A stretch of DNA of 64,000 nt from a virus. Its lineage: Duplodnaviria > Caudoviricetes. Made by a program: the position numbers and the translations under genes. The stretch covers positions 4,362 through 68,361 of IMG/VR virus record IMGVR_UViG_3300020045_003522; one strand, 5' to 3'. A model generated the notes under the pieces. It saw only the letters and a list, made by a program, of their open reading frames with translations, was not told the DNA's origin and searched no databases. The first letter of the stretch is position 1; each line of letters starts with the position of its first letter. Shown piece by piece: positions 35,376 to 44,725 of this stretch.

Positions 35376-36016
35376 GCGATTTAGCTATAGACACATTCCC
35401 GCCAGAAAGATTCGGTTTGGTTACTGGCTCAAGATGTACACCTTTAGTTCCGTCTGGCGAAGCAAAGAGCGGTATGATTACACTAGGAAAAGAACTAGCA
35501 AAGGAAAAATATTTTAGAACTTATGATGAAATAAGCACATGGCAAATGGATCATGGTAAGATGGCTGAAATGGATGCCTTTCAATATTACATGGATCATT
35601 ACGACTCGAATATAAAGAAGGGTGAATTTGGTTTTGATGGTGATGTTGGATGGAGTCCAGACGCTGAACATGAAACAGAAGATTACGGTATCGATTGGAA
35701 AGCACCCACAACGTTAACAAACTTTTTAAGTTATCTGACGGATGGAATATCAACCGCTGAGTATAACCAATGCCAGCTTTACATGATGGGTAGAAATAAA
35801 GATCGCTGGTTAATTGCATCCTTCCTTATAGAAACTCAGAAAATGAATGAGAATGGATTAACTTATCCAGTTCCTTTTAACAAAAGAATGATATTGACTG
35901 AGGTAAAAAGGGATTGGTATTGGCAAGAAAAATTCAAAAAGAACCTTCCTTTCGTTGTGTATGAAAGGGAAAAATATGTAGAAATGTATAAACTAAAATT
36001 TGATAAAAATGTCTAA
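35372..36016 (+). CDS. YqaJ/lambda-exonuclease-like nuclease
   Basis: RFGLVTGSR, MDHGKMAE, GWSPD, IDWKAP, YNQCQLYM. Confidence 0.75.
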   Translation: MSDLAIDTFPPERFGLVTGSRCTPLVPSGEAKSGMITLGKELAKEKYFRTYDEISTWQMDHGKMAEMDAFQYYMDHYDSNIKKGEFGFDGDVGWSPDAEHETEDYGIDWKAPTTLTNFLSYLTDGISTAEYNQCQLYMMGRNKDRWLIASFLIETQKMNENGLTYPVPFNKRMILTEVKRDWYWQEKFKKNLPFVVYEREKYVEMYKLKFDKNV

Positions 36017-37022
36017 CCAATTACAAGAAATCGAAACTAAAGAAGTTCAAATAACAAAGGCGCAATTCTATGCAGCTAAGTTTGAACCGTTCAAAAGTAA
36101 AATCGCTGACATTAACGAGCGTACAAAAACAATCAATTACGAATCGCCAACCGATGAAGACGCATTTCGTTCCCGTGAGTTGAGAATAGAGGCCATGAAG
36201 GTTCGCACAACCTCAGAGAAAGAAAAAGACTCGTTGAAAGAAAGCCTTTTAACTGAAGGTAAGTTGATTCAAAACGAATTCAATTTGGTAAAAGGTATCT
36301 GTGAAGAAACAGAAAGCAAGCTGGCAAAAGTTGAAAAGTTCCGTGAAGCTGAACTGGCCAGACAAAAGCAAATCCTAAAGGATGAACGTACCGCAATTTT
36401 AAAGCAATACGTTGATGATGTGAACATATTCCCGATTGACGTAATGAGTCAAGAGGCTTTTGATTCACTGGTAACAGGTCAAAGACTCGCATACGAAGCC
36501 CGTGTAGCCGCGTTTGAAAAAGCTGAACAGGAACGCCTAGAAAAAGAAAAAGCAGAGGCTGAGGCAAAGGAGGCGCAAAGATTGGAGAATATCCGATTGA
36601 AGGAAGAAGCCGACAAGAGAGAGAAAGAAATTGCAGAAGAACGCGCCAAAGCAGAAGCGGAACGTAAGGCAATCGAAGCGAAGGCGGCCAAAGAAAAGGC
36701 TGAAGCTGATAAGAAATTGAAGGCTCAAAAAGAAGCGAACGATAAACTTCAGGCAGAGATTAAAGCCAAAGCAGAAGCTGAATTGAAATCCAAACAGGAA
36801 AAGGAAGCAAAGGAGAAAGCCGAAAAACTTGCCAAAGAAAAGGAAGAGAAAGAAGCCGCCAAAGCTCCCGACAAAATAAAGCTTCAAAAATGGGTTGACC
36901 TCATGCAATTGCCGACTTCGCCAACCGAAATGTCAATGGAATCACTAGCGACTGCCAGTGAGATTGCTTTAAAATTCCTCTCTTTCAAAGATTGGGCAAC
37001 GAAAAAAGTAAGCGAAATTTAA
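36009..37022 (+). CDS. Long E/K/A coiled-coil protein
   Basis: Low-complexity charged helix following the recombination genes; start MSNQ. Confidence 0.65.
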   Translation: MSNQLQEIETKEVQITKAQFYAAKFEPFKSKIADINERTKTINYESPTDEDAFRSRELRIEAMKVRTTSEKEKDSLKESLLTEGKLIQNEFNLVKGICEETESKLAKVEKFREAELARQKQILKDERTAILKQYVDDVNIFPIDVMSQEAFDSLVTGQRLAYEARVAAFEKAEQERLEKEKAEAEAKEAQRLENIRLKEEADKREKEIAEERAKAEAERKAIEAKAAKEKAEADKKLKAQKEANDKLQAEIKAKAEAELKSKQEKEAKEKAEKLAKEKEEKEAAKAPDKIKLQKWVDLMQLPTSPTEMSMESLATASEIALKFLSFKDWATKKVSEI

Positions 37023-37026
37023 GACT

Positions 37027-37088
37027 TTAGCCAGGCGGGCTAATCATAGGTTTAGTTCCGGGGCGGTGCTCTGATCGGTGGCCGCCCC
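37027..37088 (+). other. Pair of GC-rich stem-loops in an intergenic region
   Basis: TTAGCC/GGCTAA and GGGGCGG/CCGCCCC followed by ATTTTATT. Confidence 0.45.
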
Positions 37089-37118
37089 TCATTTTATTAT
37101 TCACTAAAACACAAGAAG

Positions 37119-37538
37119 ATGAACACATTAACAACACAACAAACTTTTGAAGACGCGGTTTTAAAAACGGTAATGTTTTGGAGCGATAAATCTTTCAGAA
37201 CTTCATTCAATCAGAACAACGGAGACGATTCTCCAAATGGTAGAATGGCTTTTATGCTTATGAATTTTGTTGCCAACAAAGCGCAAGAATCTGTATCTGA
37301 TGACAAAATAAAAATGTTTGAAGATAAGCTGACAGAACTATTGAAAGAGGATCATGAACAGGTTAAATGGGGATTGGAATTAAGTGTTGATTACAACCCA
37401 TGTGATAAGTTATACCTGGCAGCTAAATTTGCAGGTATTGATCCTTCATGTTTCCCATGTAAAACTTTTACAAGGATTGAAAAAGATTTATCTGTAACTG
37501 CTAAATATCAATACGGTGGTCAATTCATAAAACTGTAA
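37119..37538 (+). CDS. Hypothetical protein
   Basis: ORF with A-rich leader. Confidence 0.55.
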   Translation: MNTLTTQQTFEDAVLKTVMFWSDKSFRTSFNQNNGDDSPNGRMAFMLMNFVANKAQESVSDDKIKMFEDKLTELLKEDHEQVKWGLELSVDYNPCDKLYLAAKFAGIDPSCFPCKTFTRIEKDLSVTAKYQYGGQFIKL

Positions 37539-37540
37539 CC

Positions 37541-37771
37541 ATGAAGCCAACAGAAACACCGCAATGGAAACGCGCCCTTGAAAGAATGCAGAAAGGTTAT
37601 TATCTTACAAGTCTAAGCGCACGAACTGATCTTGGTATTATTTCTTTTCCAAAAAGAATAACTGAGCTTAGAAAACGTGGACACAAGATCGAACAAGAGC
37701 CAATAACCGTTCGAACAAGATACGGTAAAGTCAGAGTCAATCAATATTGGATGATCCCTGTAAAATTATGA
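37541..37771 (+). CDS. Small winged HTH protein
   Basis: LTSLSARTDLGIISFPKRITELRKRGHKI pattern. Confidence 0.6.
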   Translation: MKPTETPQWKRALERMQKGYYLTSLSARTDLGIISFPKRITELRKRGHKIEQEPITVRTRYGKVRVNQYWMIPVKL

Positions 37772-38054
37772 GACCAAGAACAGAAAAGCCTTATGAACAC
37801 GTTTGGAGCAGCGACATTAAACAGACTGATTTCAGAATCATTATACTAAAATTCTGTGCGCCTGGTTTCTTTTGGGTAGGGGGAATCTGGCTTCTATACT
37901 TGTTTAACCACCCTGTTAATGATATGCTCTACAAGATTATTAAATACTTATGGTTATGACATAAGGCCGGACGACCCGCGCACCTATGACTTTGTTAAAA
38001 AGTATTTCACATGGGATAGCGTGGACTCCGGCTTTTACTTTAAAACTAAAAACT

Positions 38055-38450
38055 ATGAAAACACTAACACTTATTTTACTGCTCGTTTCCGGGGTTGCGT
38101 TTGGCCAAGATATTAAACTTGATACTGGAATGACTTTTTCAACTAACTGGACATCTGTAAAATATTACGCGCTAACTGTTCAAGATTCAACAGAAACTAT
38201 TTTCCAGATAGGCGCTGATTCATTGGGTAACTTAGATTACAATGATATTTTTGTCTCGGATTCACTTAAGGCGATCATCAAATTAGCTGAGTGGGTTAAA
38301 TCAAGTAGTGATCAGTGGCATCTTGAATCCAGAAAACTTGAAGCCGCAGAGGATATTTTAAGAAACATTACCGAAGAAGGTTTTGTTACCAATTGGAAGA
38401 AATGGCACAAGGCCGTCAAGCGTTACAAAGAGGTTTACAAAGAAGATTAA
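38055..38450 (+). CDS. Exported protein
   Basis: Start moved to MKTLTLILLLVSGVAFG/Q. Confidence 0.55.
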   Translation: MKTLTLILLLVSGVAFGQDIKLDTGMTFSTNWTSVKYYALTVQDSTETIFQIGADSLGNLDYNDIFVSDSLKAIIKLAEWVKSSSDQWHLESRKLEAAEDILRNITEEGFVTNWKKWHKAVKRYKEVYKED

Positions 38451-38474
38451 CTTCACTTTTAAATAGAAACAGAG

Positions 38475-38693
38475 ATGAGTAAACAGTTTTTAGAGAATTT
38501 ACTTTCAATAAATTGTGCTTACAATTTTAAGGAAGAGGCAAGAGATAAAACAACAACACTACATAAATGCTACTCAACTACATGCATGTTGAATCAGGAT
38601 AAAGAAGTATCGAAATATATTCAGCAAAAAGGATGTGTAATTTATAAAAAAGATTTTGTTAAATCTGTTATTGATAGAAAAGTTAAAACCTAA
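38475..38693 (+). CDS. Hypothetical protein; last plus-strand gene
   Basis: Converges on the lysis operon with an 11-bp gap. Confidence 0.45.
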   Translation: MSKQFLENLLSINCAYNFKEEARDKTTTLHKCYSTTCMLNQDKEVSKYIQQKGCVIYKKDFVKSVIDRKVKT

Positions 38694-38704
38694 GTAGACG
38701 GTAC

Positions 38705-39304
38705 TCAATCCTTAATTATTTCAAAAAGCAGAACGGCTGCAACTATTCCGGTTGTGACCTTCCAAAAAGTTTTTAATCCGCGCTCTTTTCGAATGGTCTT
38801 ATCCTTCTCAACTATTACATCCTCAAGGTGAATTATTATTTCTCCTTTTACTTTAAGTTGTTCATCTTTTGAATGTAGAATATCTCTAAAGGCTTCGTTC
38901 ATGGTAACCTTATCGAGTTCTAAAGCCTTTTTTTCATCTGTTGCCGCTTTGTCTGCAATGCTATCCTTATGAACAAAGTCCTTTACATCTGGATTTGTCT
39001 GCACAATATCGGCTATTTTATTTAGGGCTTTATCCGCTTCTTTCCTTGCCTTCGTTTCCGCTACTTTTGAGGCAGTTGCACGCGCTTCCATTTGTAATGA
39101 GTCTTTTATCCAGCGTTGCCTTTTCTCCTCACCATCGTTGCGTATTGCCACAAGTTCGCGTTCTTTCTCGTTGATCTTATCTTTCAGGATTTGTTCGCTG
39201 TTGTCCTCCTTTATTGATTGCTTCGAGCATTGGGTAATTGAAAGGGCTATTACAAGCCCGATAATGATGATGTACGGTATTAGCTTTAAGAAATTTATTT
39301 GCAT
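38705..39304 (-). CDS. Spanin-like protein (N-terminal hydrophobic helix ending TQC, coiled-coil, C-terminal TM)
   Basis: MQINFLKLIPYIIIIGLVIALSITQC; C-terminus KTFWKVTTGIVAAVLLFEIIKD; last gene of the lysis region. Confidence 0.6.
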   Translation of the reverse strand: MQINFLKLIPYIIIIGLVIALSITQCSKQSIKEDNSEQILKDKINEKERELVAIRNDGEEKRQRWIKDSLQMEARATASKVAETKARKEADKALNKIADIVQTNPDVKDFVHKDSIADKAATDEKKALELDKVTMNEAFRDILHSKDEQLKVKGEIIIHLEDVIVEKDKTIRKERGLKTFWKVTTGIVAAVLLFEIIKD

Positions 39305-39388
39305 ATCCTAATTTATTTTCCGAAATTGCATCCGTTATGCTACTACAAGTCTTTCGGATTCCTTGCATAAGATACCCGATAAGCAAAT

Positions 39389-39423
39389 AAAGGCCGCTCG
39401 ACTCCATGTTTTGCGGCCTTTTT
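39389..39423. terminator. Bidirectional intrinsic terminator-like hairpin
   Basis: AAGGCCGC...GCGGCCTT flanked by A- and T-runs. Confidence 0.6.
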
Positions 39424-39437
39424 ACTAACCACTACAA

Positions 39438-39824
39438 TCAGTTTCTTATATACAAAACAATTATCGAAAAGACCATTACCACAAAACAAAGCACCTTTGC
39501 AATAAAATGTGCTTCCATACCTACGACCTTAAAAAACCTATCTATGAAACCGGAATCGCCTTCTGAGTTGTCGTAGTACATTAATGGATTATTGCGAACG
39601 AAATTAAGTGCAAGCTCAAAGAATATCCAGAAGCTTGTAACCTGAAATATTAAAATAGGTAGCCAATCATAAACATTGTGAGGGTTAAACAAAGCCGCGT
39701 GAAGTATTGCGACCATTCCGCGAACAATAAAAACTATAATGTAATTAGGCTTGTGTCCGTTTCTGTCAATGTAGACGTTTACGGCTATTGGAATAAGCCA
39801 AAGCAGGAGAAATAAGGTTATCAT
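39438..39824 (-). CDS. Multi-pass membrane protein (lysis region)
   Basis: About 4 TM segments. Confidence 0.55.
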   Translation of the reverse strand: MITLFLLLWLIPIAVNVYIDRNGHKPNYIIVFIVRGMVAILHAALFNPHNVYDWLPILIFQVTSFWIFFELALNFVRNNPLMYYDNSEGDSGFIDRFFKVVGMEAHFIAKVLCFVVMVFSIIVLYIRN

Positions 39825-40231
39825 AATGATGTAGCTTTCTTTTTAATTTCTAACTCCCATTCATCAGGCATATTAGCCGCCATCCAATCAAGTTTAACCG
39901 TTGAGCTTTCGAGTATCGGTTGGTTACTATTTATGTTTGCTAGTCTCGATCCTACAAGTAAACAGCCTTTTGAATGAGCCGGTTGTACTCCTCGGTGAAT
40001 CAGTATACCGGAACGACCAGGAACCTTTGGAAGTCTGAAATAAATGTACGGACGGTCTGGTTTTGGTTGCTGCTTAATGACTTGGTAAATCCCTTCCGGA
40101 ATACAGGAAACAGAACGATTATTATTTTTCCACGGCAACTCTAAAATTTTTGCTATTACCTCTTCACCATCGTAAAGACTGCCTAGCGTTCTATCTTCAA
40201 GGTAAACCCGTTCTAATGTGTATCGTTTCAT
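39821..40231 (-). CDS. DUF5675-family protein, putative endolysin (L,D-transpeptidase-like fold)
   Basis: TLGSLY..ILELPW..SCIPEGIY..VPGRSGILIHRG..HSKGCLLVG. Confidence 0.75.
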   Translation of the reverse strand: MKRYTLERVYLEDRTLGSLYDGEEVIAKILELPWKNNNRSVSCIPEGIYQVIKQQPKPDRPYIYFRLPKVPGRSGILIHRGVQPAHSKGCLLVGSRLANINSNQPILESSTVKLDWMAANMPDEWELEIKKKATSL

Positions 40232-40527
40232 CCTCCTCGTTTGTTACGTGTATCCCTTGCGTCCTGCTTTAAATCGTAAACATCGTCCTTAATGTTGTGG
40301 ATCTCGTTTTCGTGAACCTTTAGCATAGATTTTAAATCCATTGAAATATCTTTTAATGATTCTGTCATTGTGAAAGTCCGCTCGAAATTCTCATCTATCT
40401 GAACGTGTTTGACTTCATGCTCTTTAGCAAGCTTTCTAATGTTCCAAGCGATCAACGCAAAGAAAAGAACCAATAGAAGGATGCCCCAATTGCTATCTCT
40501 GATAAGAACCTCAACTATATCAATCAT
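40228..40527 (-). CDS. Holin/anti-holin-like single-TM coiled-coil protein
   Basis: N-terminal TM, charged C-terminus; upstream of the endolysin candidate. Confidence 0.55.
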   Translation of the reverse strand: MIDIVEVLIRDSNWGILLLVLFFALIAWNIRKLAKEHEVKHVQIDENFERTFTMTESLKDISMDLKSMLKVHENEIHNIKDDVYDLKQDARDTRNKRGG

Positions 40528-40897
40528 AAAAAAGAGATTTAACTATTATAAATAACATTACGATTGCCGCAATGAGTGTGTAAGAAGCAGGCACTAAATT
40601 GAACAGGTAGAAAAATGTGCCATTGTAGTAAAGCACATAATCAATAAGGTATCCAAGAAATAGTAAAGTGAATACCAAAAAGTTTTTATTCAAAGTGATA
40701 AGGTAAAGGCAGTAAGTAACGATAACTAAAGCGCATCGCTCCCCAGCATAGGTAATATGACCGTCCTTTGAAATCTGAATTTCTGGCCTAAATGGTATCA
40801 ATCCCATTTCGAGTGTAGAATTTACAGAATAAAGTAGGTGAATATTCCACATACAAAAGGCAGCAAAAAGCAATATGTACGAAAACTTTAAGCGCAT
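40520..40897 (-). CDS. Multi-pass membrane protein (lysis region)
   Basis: About 4 TM segments. Confidence 0.55.
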   Translation of the reverse strand: MRLKFSYILLFAAFCMWNIHLLYSVNSTLEMGLIPFRPEIQISKDGHITYAGERCALVIVTYCLYLITLNKNFLVFTLLFLGYLIDYVLYYNGTFFYLFNLVPASYTLIAAIVMLFIIVKSLFYD

Positions 40898-41046
40898 TAT
40901 CTTGGACCTGGTGTTACTGGTGGCGGTGGTGGCGGATCGGTAGCCAATGTGGTAATATTACCGTGTGACTTCCATGTAATTACTCCGGTTTCTTCGTTTA
41001 AAGTACCTTCGTATTTACAACTCTTTTTCTTTATTTTTTTTGCCAT
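40897..41046 (-). CDS. 49-aa basic/poly-Pro micro-protein
   Basis: Hand-translated MAKKIKKKSCKYEGTLNEETGVITWKSHGNITTLATDPPPPPPVTPGPR; TAATG overlap with the next gene. Confidence 0.55.
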   Translation of the reverse strand: MAKKIKKKSCKYEGTLNEETGVITWKSHGNITTLATDPPPPPPVTPGPR

Positions 41047-41169
41047 TGTTCTGTTTTTTTAAAATCATTCTATTTCGTCTCGCATCTCTAGCAAGCTTAG
41101 TTGTCCAAGTCAAAAGAACGGCTAACAGGATAAAAGTCATCACAACAAAACTCATCACATAGGTTCTAG

Positions 41170-41940
41170 TTAATATTCTTTACCGTTTGCGTCTATAAAA
41201 ATAATCTTTCCTGTTGAAACTTCAACCTGAGTTTTTACAATATCAATTCTTGAGGGTGTAGGTGGCTCTGGTTCGGATGGAATAAGGCTTTTAAACCACT
41301 TGTAAATAGTTGTATTGCCTAATTCCGGTCTATCGGTTAATGAGTACGCAACATCCCATGTAGAGCCTGAGTGCGTTCCGCCTTTTATGATCGTCCATAT
41401 CGGAGCAGGATTTGCCCCGACTGAGTTCATACCATTGATAGGACGTAACCCATCTGAAGGTGGCACTCCGGTATCTTTATCACCATGTATCCCCCAAACC
41501 GCAATTTGTTTCGATGCTGTTTTCTTCGCCAAATTGTAATCACCCTTACAACTCACAGGGACTATTGCAGTGATTAATTTTTCAGTATTTTGATACGACC
41601 CGTCCCAACTTCCATCTCCACCCATCGATAACCCTGTAAGAAGTCGGTACTCGCTTTTGTAATTTGATTTCACATACTGGAGAAACATAATAATTTCAGG
41701 ATTATAGCCCCACCGACCCTTTATTTGTTGAGGACAAAGCAATGTGAATCCTGGTAAGTAACTCATACCGGCTTGCTTTAATAATTTTGGCAATCCGTTC
41801 TTTTGAATTTTGGGCAAGTCAGGAGTAGTTGAAGTTTCTCCGCTACCATGCAAAAATATAATTACAGGCGCGTCCGGTAGATTAGGGTCTTTGTATTCGT
41901 AGAACCAAAGTACTCCACTGGGTTGTTTTAGAGTTATCAT
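41170..41940 (-). CDS. Alpha/beta-hydrolase (COG4099-like esterase/peptidase), no signal peptide
   Basis: IIFLHGSGE, LTGLSMGG, WGIHGDKD, GGTH; Pro-rich C-terminal linker. Confidence 0.85.
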   Translation of the reverse strand: MITLKQPSGVLWFYEYKDPNLPDAPVIIFLHGSGETSTTPDLPKIQKNGLPKLLKQAGMSYLPGFTLLCPQQIKGRWGYNPEIIMFLQYVKSNYKSEYRLLTGLSMGGDGSWDGSYQNTEKLITAIVPVSCKGDYNLAKKTASKQIAVWGIHGDKDTGVPPSDGLRPINGMNSVGANPAPIWTIIKGGTHSGSTWDVAYSLTDRPELGNTTIYKWFKSLIPSEPEPPTPSRIDIVKTQVEVSTGKIIFIDANGKEY

Positions 41941-42287
41941 TTACTTTTGGTTTTAATCTTTATCTTCTTAATCCCGTTCTCTTTCATGTACCGGATAATA
42001 TCAACTTCGTTTTTTATCTGTACCTCCTTCAACCGTTTTTCAATGTATGATATTACATTTTCGCTTGAAAGAGATAATCTTAAATCTGATTGACCGTATT
42101 CAGTAACTAGAGGCAAAAGTGATTTAGAAAAATAAACACTCTCGCCATTCCACGGGATTAATGTGTAATTTGGATTAGGTAATAATGTGATGCTATCGCT
42201 ATAAAATACATGAGTCGAATCAAATGTAATCGTCTGCGCACTGGCAAAGCTCGAAATAAGGAAGAGTAAAAAGATTAGTTTTTTCAT
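41937..42287 (-). CDS. Small exported protein
   Basis: Leader MKKLIFLLFLISSFASA/Q. Confidence 0.6.
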   Translation of the reverse strand: MKKLIFLLFLISSFASAQTITFDSTHVFYSDSITLLPNPNYTLIPWNGESVYFSKSLLPLVTEYGQSDLRLSLSSENVISYIEKRLKEVQIKNEVDIIRYMKENGIKKIKIKTKSK

Positions 42288-44725
42288 TTTCGTATTTTAT
42301 TAGCCTGTTGATTTACCATCCAAACTCCCGTATTTATCCATTTAGGTACAAAATATTCCATCTTTAAAGCCTCCAAATTAGGTTGATCAAATCTTAGTTC
42401 ATACCGTCCTGTATAAGAATCTACAAATCCCTTAAAAACAGAATTTGAAAACTCGCCATTTGATGACTCGTACTTATTTGCTCCTACGAAGATAGAAATA
42501 TTTTTGCTTATTAAATGGTCATCTAATAGCCCCTTACTTGAGATAGTCACAGACTTAAAAGTACTATCGGATTTAATAACCTTTGAACGGTCTAATTTTA
42601 ATAATACGCTTTGCCCGTTTGTTAACTGAATTGATGGGTTTGTCAAAGTCAAATTACCGTTAGCGGTTATCTTTATTGTACTCCCATACTGTGGATTTGC
42701 TGAAGTTTTTGTATTTCCAGTGTAAACCCTAGCTATGATATTGTTAATAGTTCCACTTGTTATATACTCATCATGCGCGAAATCTACCTCTAAAGTATTT
42801 GGTAGTGTTCCAAGATTGTTAAACGTTGAACTTCCGACAACCTTAACCACTGATCCAGACTTGCCTTTAATATCCTGAATAAATCCTTTTCCTCTGTTGT
42901 CTGAAATCTCTGAGACTACATTTACATTCTCCCCTACTATCGTATTACTCACAGTGCCAGCCGTTGAAGTTGAATTATCTAAGCAAAACTGATAACAAAG
43001 AACATCAGTATTTTTAATTGTTAGTAAACTAGTGCTTTCCTCTAATGGACTTTGACCTTGACCGGAAGAAAATAAAGTAAATTCTTTGGAAGGTACTGAA
43101 AGGTTATCGATAAAAACATTTTTACTCTTAGTGAAAGCGAAAAACGTTCCTCCTCTTGTTCCTGTTAGATTTGATCCTGGTACATAATCATTGAATCTAT
43201 TCGCTAATATTCTGCTATTCGTTATTGTTACACTGTTACCACTTGCCGCGCCTTGATTCTGAATCATCACATTAGGATGTAATGTTGAATCAATATTGAA
43301 AGTACAATTATCAAAAACGAAATCAGTGCTATCTAAAAGATTTATAGTCTTGGTAAAAGTAACGTTTCTAAAAGTCATGTTCTTTTGTCCATGTGCATAG
43401 CGTTGATTATTAGCAGTCATGTTATTGATTGACCCGTAATTTATTGTAGTACTATGCCTTAGAAGTGTTAGTAAAGGTGAATTAATAGTGTCTATAATAG
43501 TTGGCATTGTGTTAGAAGCGTAGAAGTCATACTCTCCACTACCTGATGCGTTTATGTTTCTGTAGTAAGAAAATTGACCAGTTGATGGCCCGCGTCCTGA
43601 TGAGTATTGCCTCCAACTTGCTGAAGTATTATTGATCAAATTTAAAACTCCGTAACATTTTACGATGATTGAGTCATGCATGTAACCACCGGCTCCATAG
43701 TTTCCAGTGGTTTCTAAACTTGCAATAGCCCCTGCGACATAACCACCAGACTCAATCATGTTTAAATAATCGTTTATCGTTACAGTCTGTCCTCCTGCTA
43801 TACCTCGATTAAAAAATGAAAGCGAAACAACACCACGATAGAAAGTAACCCGCGTTAGATTAAGTTTACCCGATGCCATTGATAAGGCTATTTGTTGATT
43901 TATGTTCTCAAATGTTACATCGGTGAAATTACCAGTATAGTTAACCGGAATTGCTGAACCTGGAAAAGGAGTTGAGTAAAAAGAGTTAGTGTAGTTTGCT
44001 TTTATAATCCACGACTTTCCATAAGCTAAATAATCTTGTTCACTAATGCTTTCAGGGAATGAAGTTCCTACCCACACGTTTAAACCTTGTGCGTCCGGTG
44101 GTATTGAAGCTGATATATTGTTTACTGTTATTATAGACGTCAAAGAATCAACTGATACAATAGTATTAACTTCACCCAATACCGCGCGAGTCCATGCGTA
44201 CCAAAGTTTATTACCTACCTTCCAATCTGACCACTTACGAACTTGGCCGATGATCTGAATTTTATTCGGTTGTTTTAAAACGCATGCATAAGTTTCGAAG
44301 AGATTATTTTTTTGCGCTGTCTTAAATTTTATACCTTTTACTATGTGAGTATCACCATATCTAGGTTCTATAAATATAGTTTCAGGTTGGTTGTATTGAG
44401 GGACAAAAGGATAAAGTACTATCGTTGAATTTCTTCCATTCAAATTCAAATTCCCCTTTATTGAAGTACCTCCAATATAAACTTCTAAAGTTTTATTTTG
44501 AATTGAATAACTTCTATTTTCTAATATAGCTTTTAATGTGCTGTAATTCGTTTGCCTGATTACTTTTATCTCTTCAAAACTCTTTTCTGGAAATAGTTTT
44601 TCTAACTCACCATATACTAAACCATCCTGAATTTCTTCATTTCTTTTCCCATAGTTCATAATAACAGACCTTGAAATTTGACCATAACATGAAGTACACA
44701 ACAGGAAAATAAAAATAAACCTCAT
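42284..44725 (-). CDS. Beta-helix depolymerase/tailspike-like protein with signal peptide
   Basis: Leader MRFIFIFLLCTSCYG/Q; N/T/I-rich repeats (TFENIN, TFRNVTF, VFDNCTF); visibly AT-rich DNA. Confidence 0.55.
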   Translation of the reverse strand: MRFIFIFLLCTSCYGQISRSVIMNYGKRNEEIQDGLVYGELEKLFPEKSFEEIKVIRQTNYSTLKAILENRSYSIQNKTLEVYIGGTSIKGNLNLNGRNSTIVLYPFVPQYNQPETIFIEPRYGDTHIVKGIKFKTAQKNNLFETYACVLKQPNKIQIIGQVRKWSDWKVGNKLWYAWTRAVLGEVNTIVSVDSLTSIITVNNISASIPPDAQGLNVWVGTSFPESISEQDYLAYGKSWIIKANYTNSFYSTPFPGSAIPVNYTGNFTDVTFENINQQIALSMASGKLNLTRVTFYRGVVSLSFFNRGIAGGQTVTINDYLNMIESGGYVAGAIASLETTGNYGAGGYMHDSIIVKCYGVLNLINNTSASWRQYSSGRGPSTGQFSYYRNINASGSGEYDFYASNTMPTIIDTINSPLLTLLRHSTTINYGSINNMTANNQRYAHGQKNMTFRNVTFTKTINLLDSTDFVFDNCTFNIDSTLHPNVMIQNQGAASGNSVTITNSRILANRFNDYVPGSNLTGTRGGTFFAFTKSKNVFIDNLSVPSKEFTLFSSGQGQSPLEESTSLLTIKNTDVLCYQFCLDNSTSTAGTVSNTIVGENVNVVSEISDNRGKGFIQDIKGKSGSVVKVVGSSTFNNLGTLPNTLEVDFAHDEYITSGTINNIIARVYTGNTKTSANPQYGSTIKITANGNLTLTNPSIQLTNGQSVLLKLDRSKVIKSDSTFKSVTISSKGLLDDHLISKNISIFVGANKYESSNGEFSNSVFKGFVDSYTGRYELRFDQPNLEALKMEYFVPKWINTGVWMVNQQANKIRK

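Noticed and set aside
36280-36908. Three antisense ORFs rich in F/L/S
   Set aside because: Artefact of the A-rich low-complexity EKAK coiled-coil gene on the plus strand.
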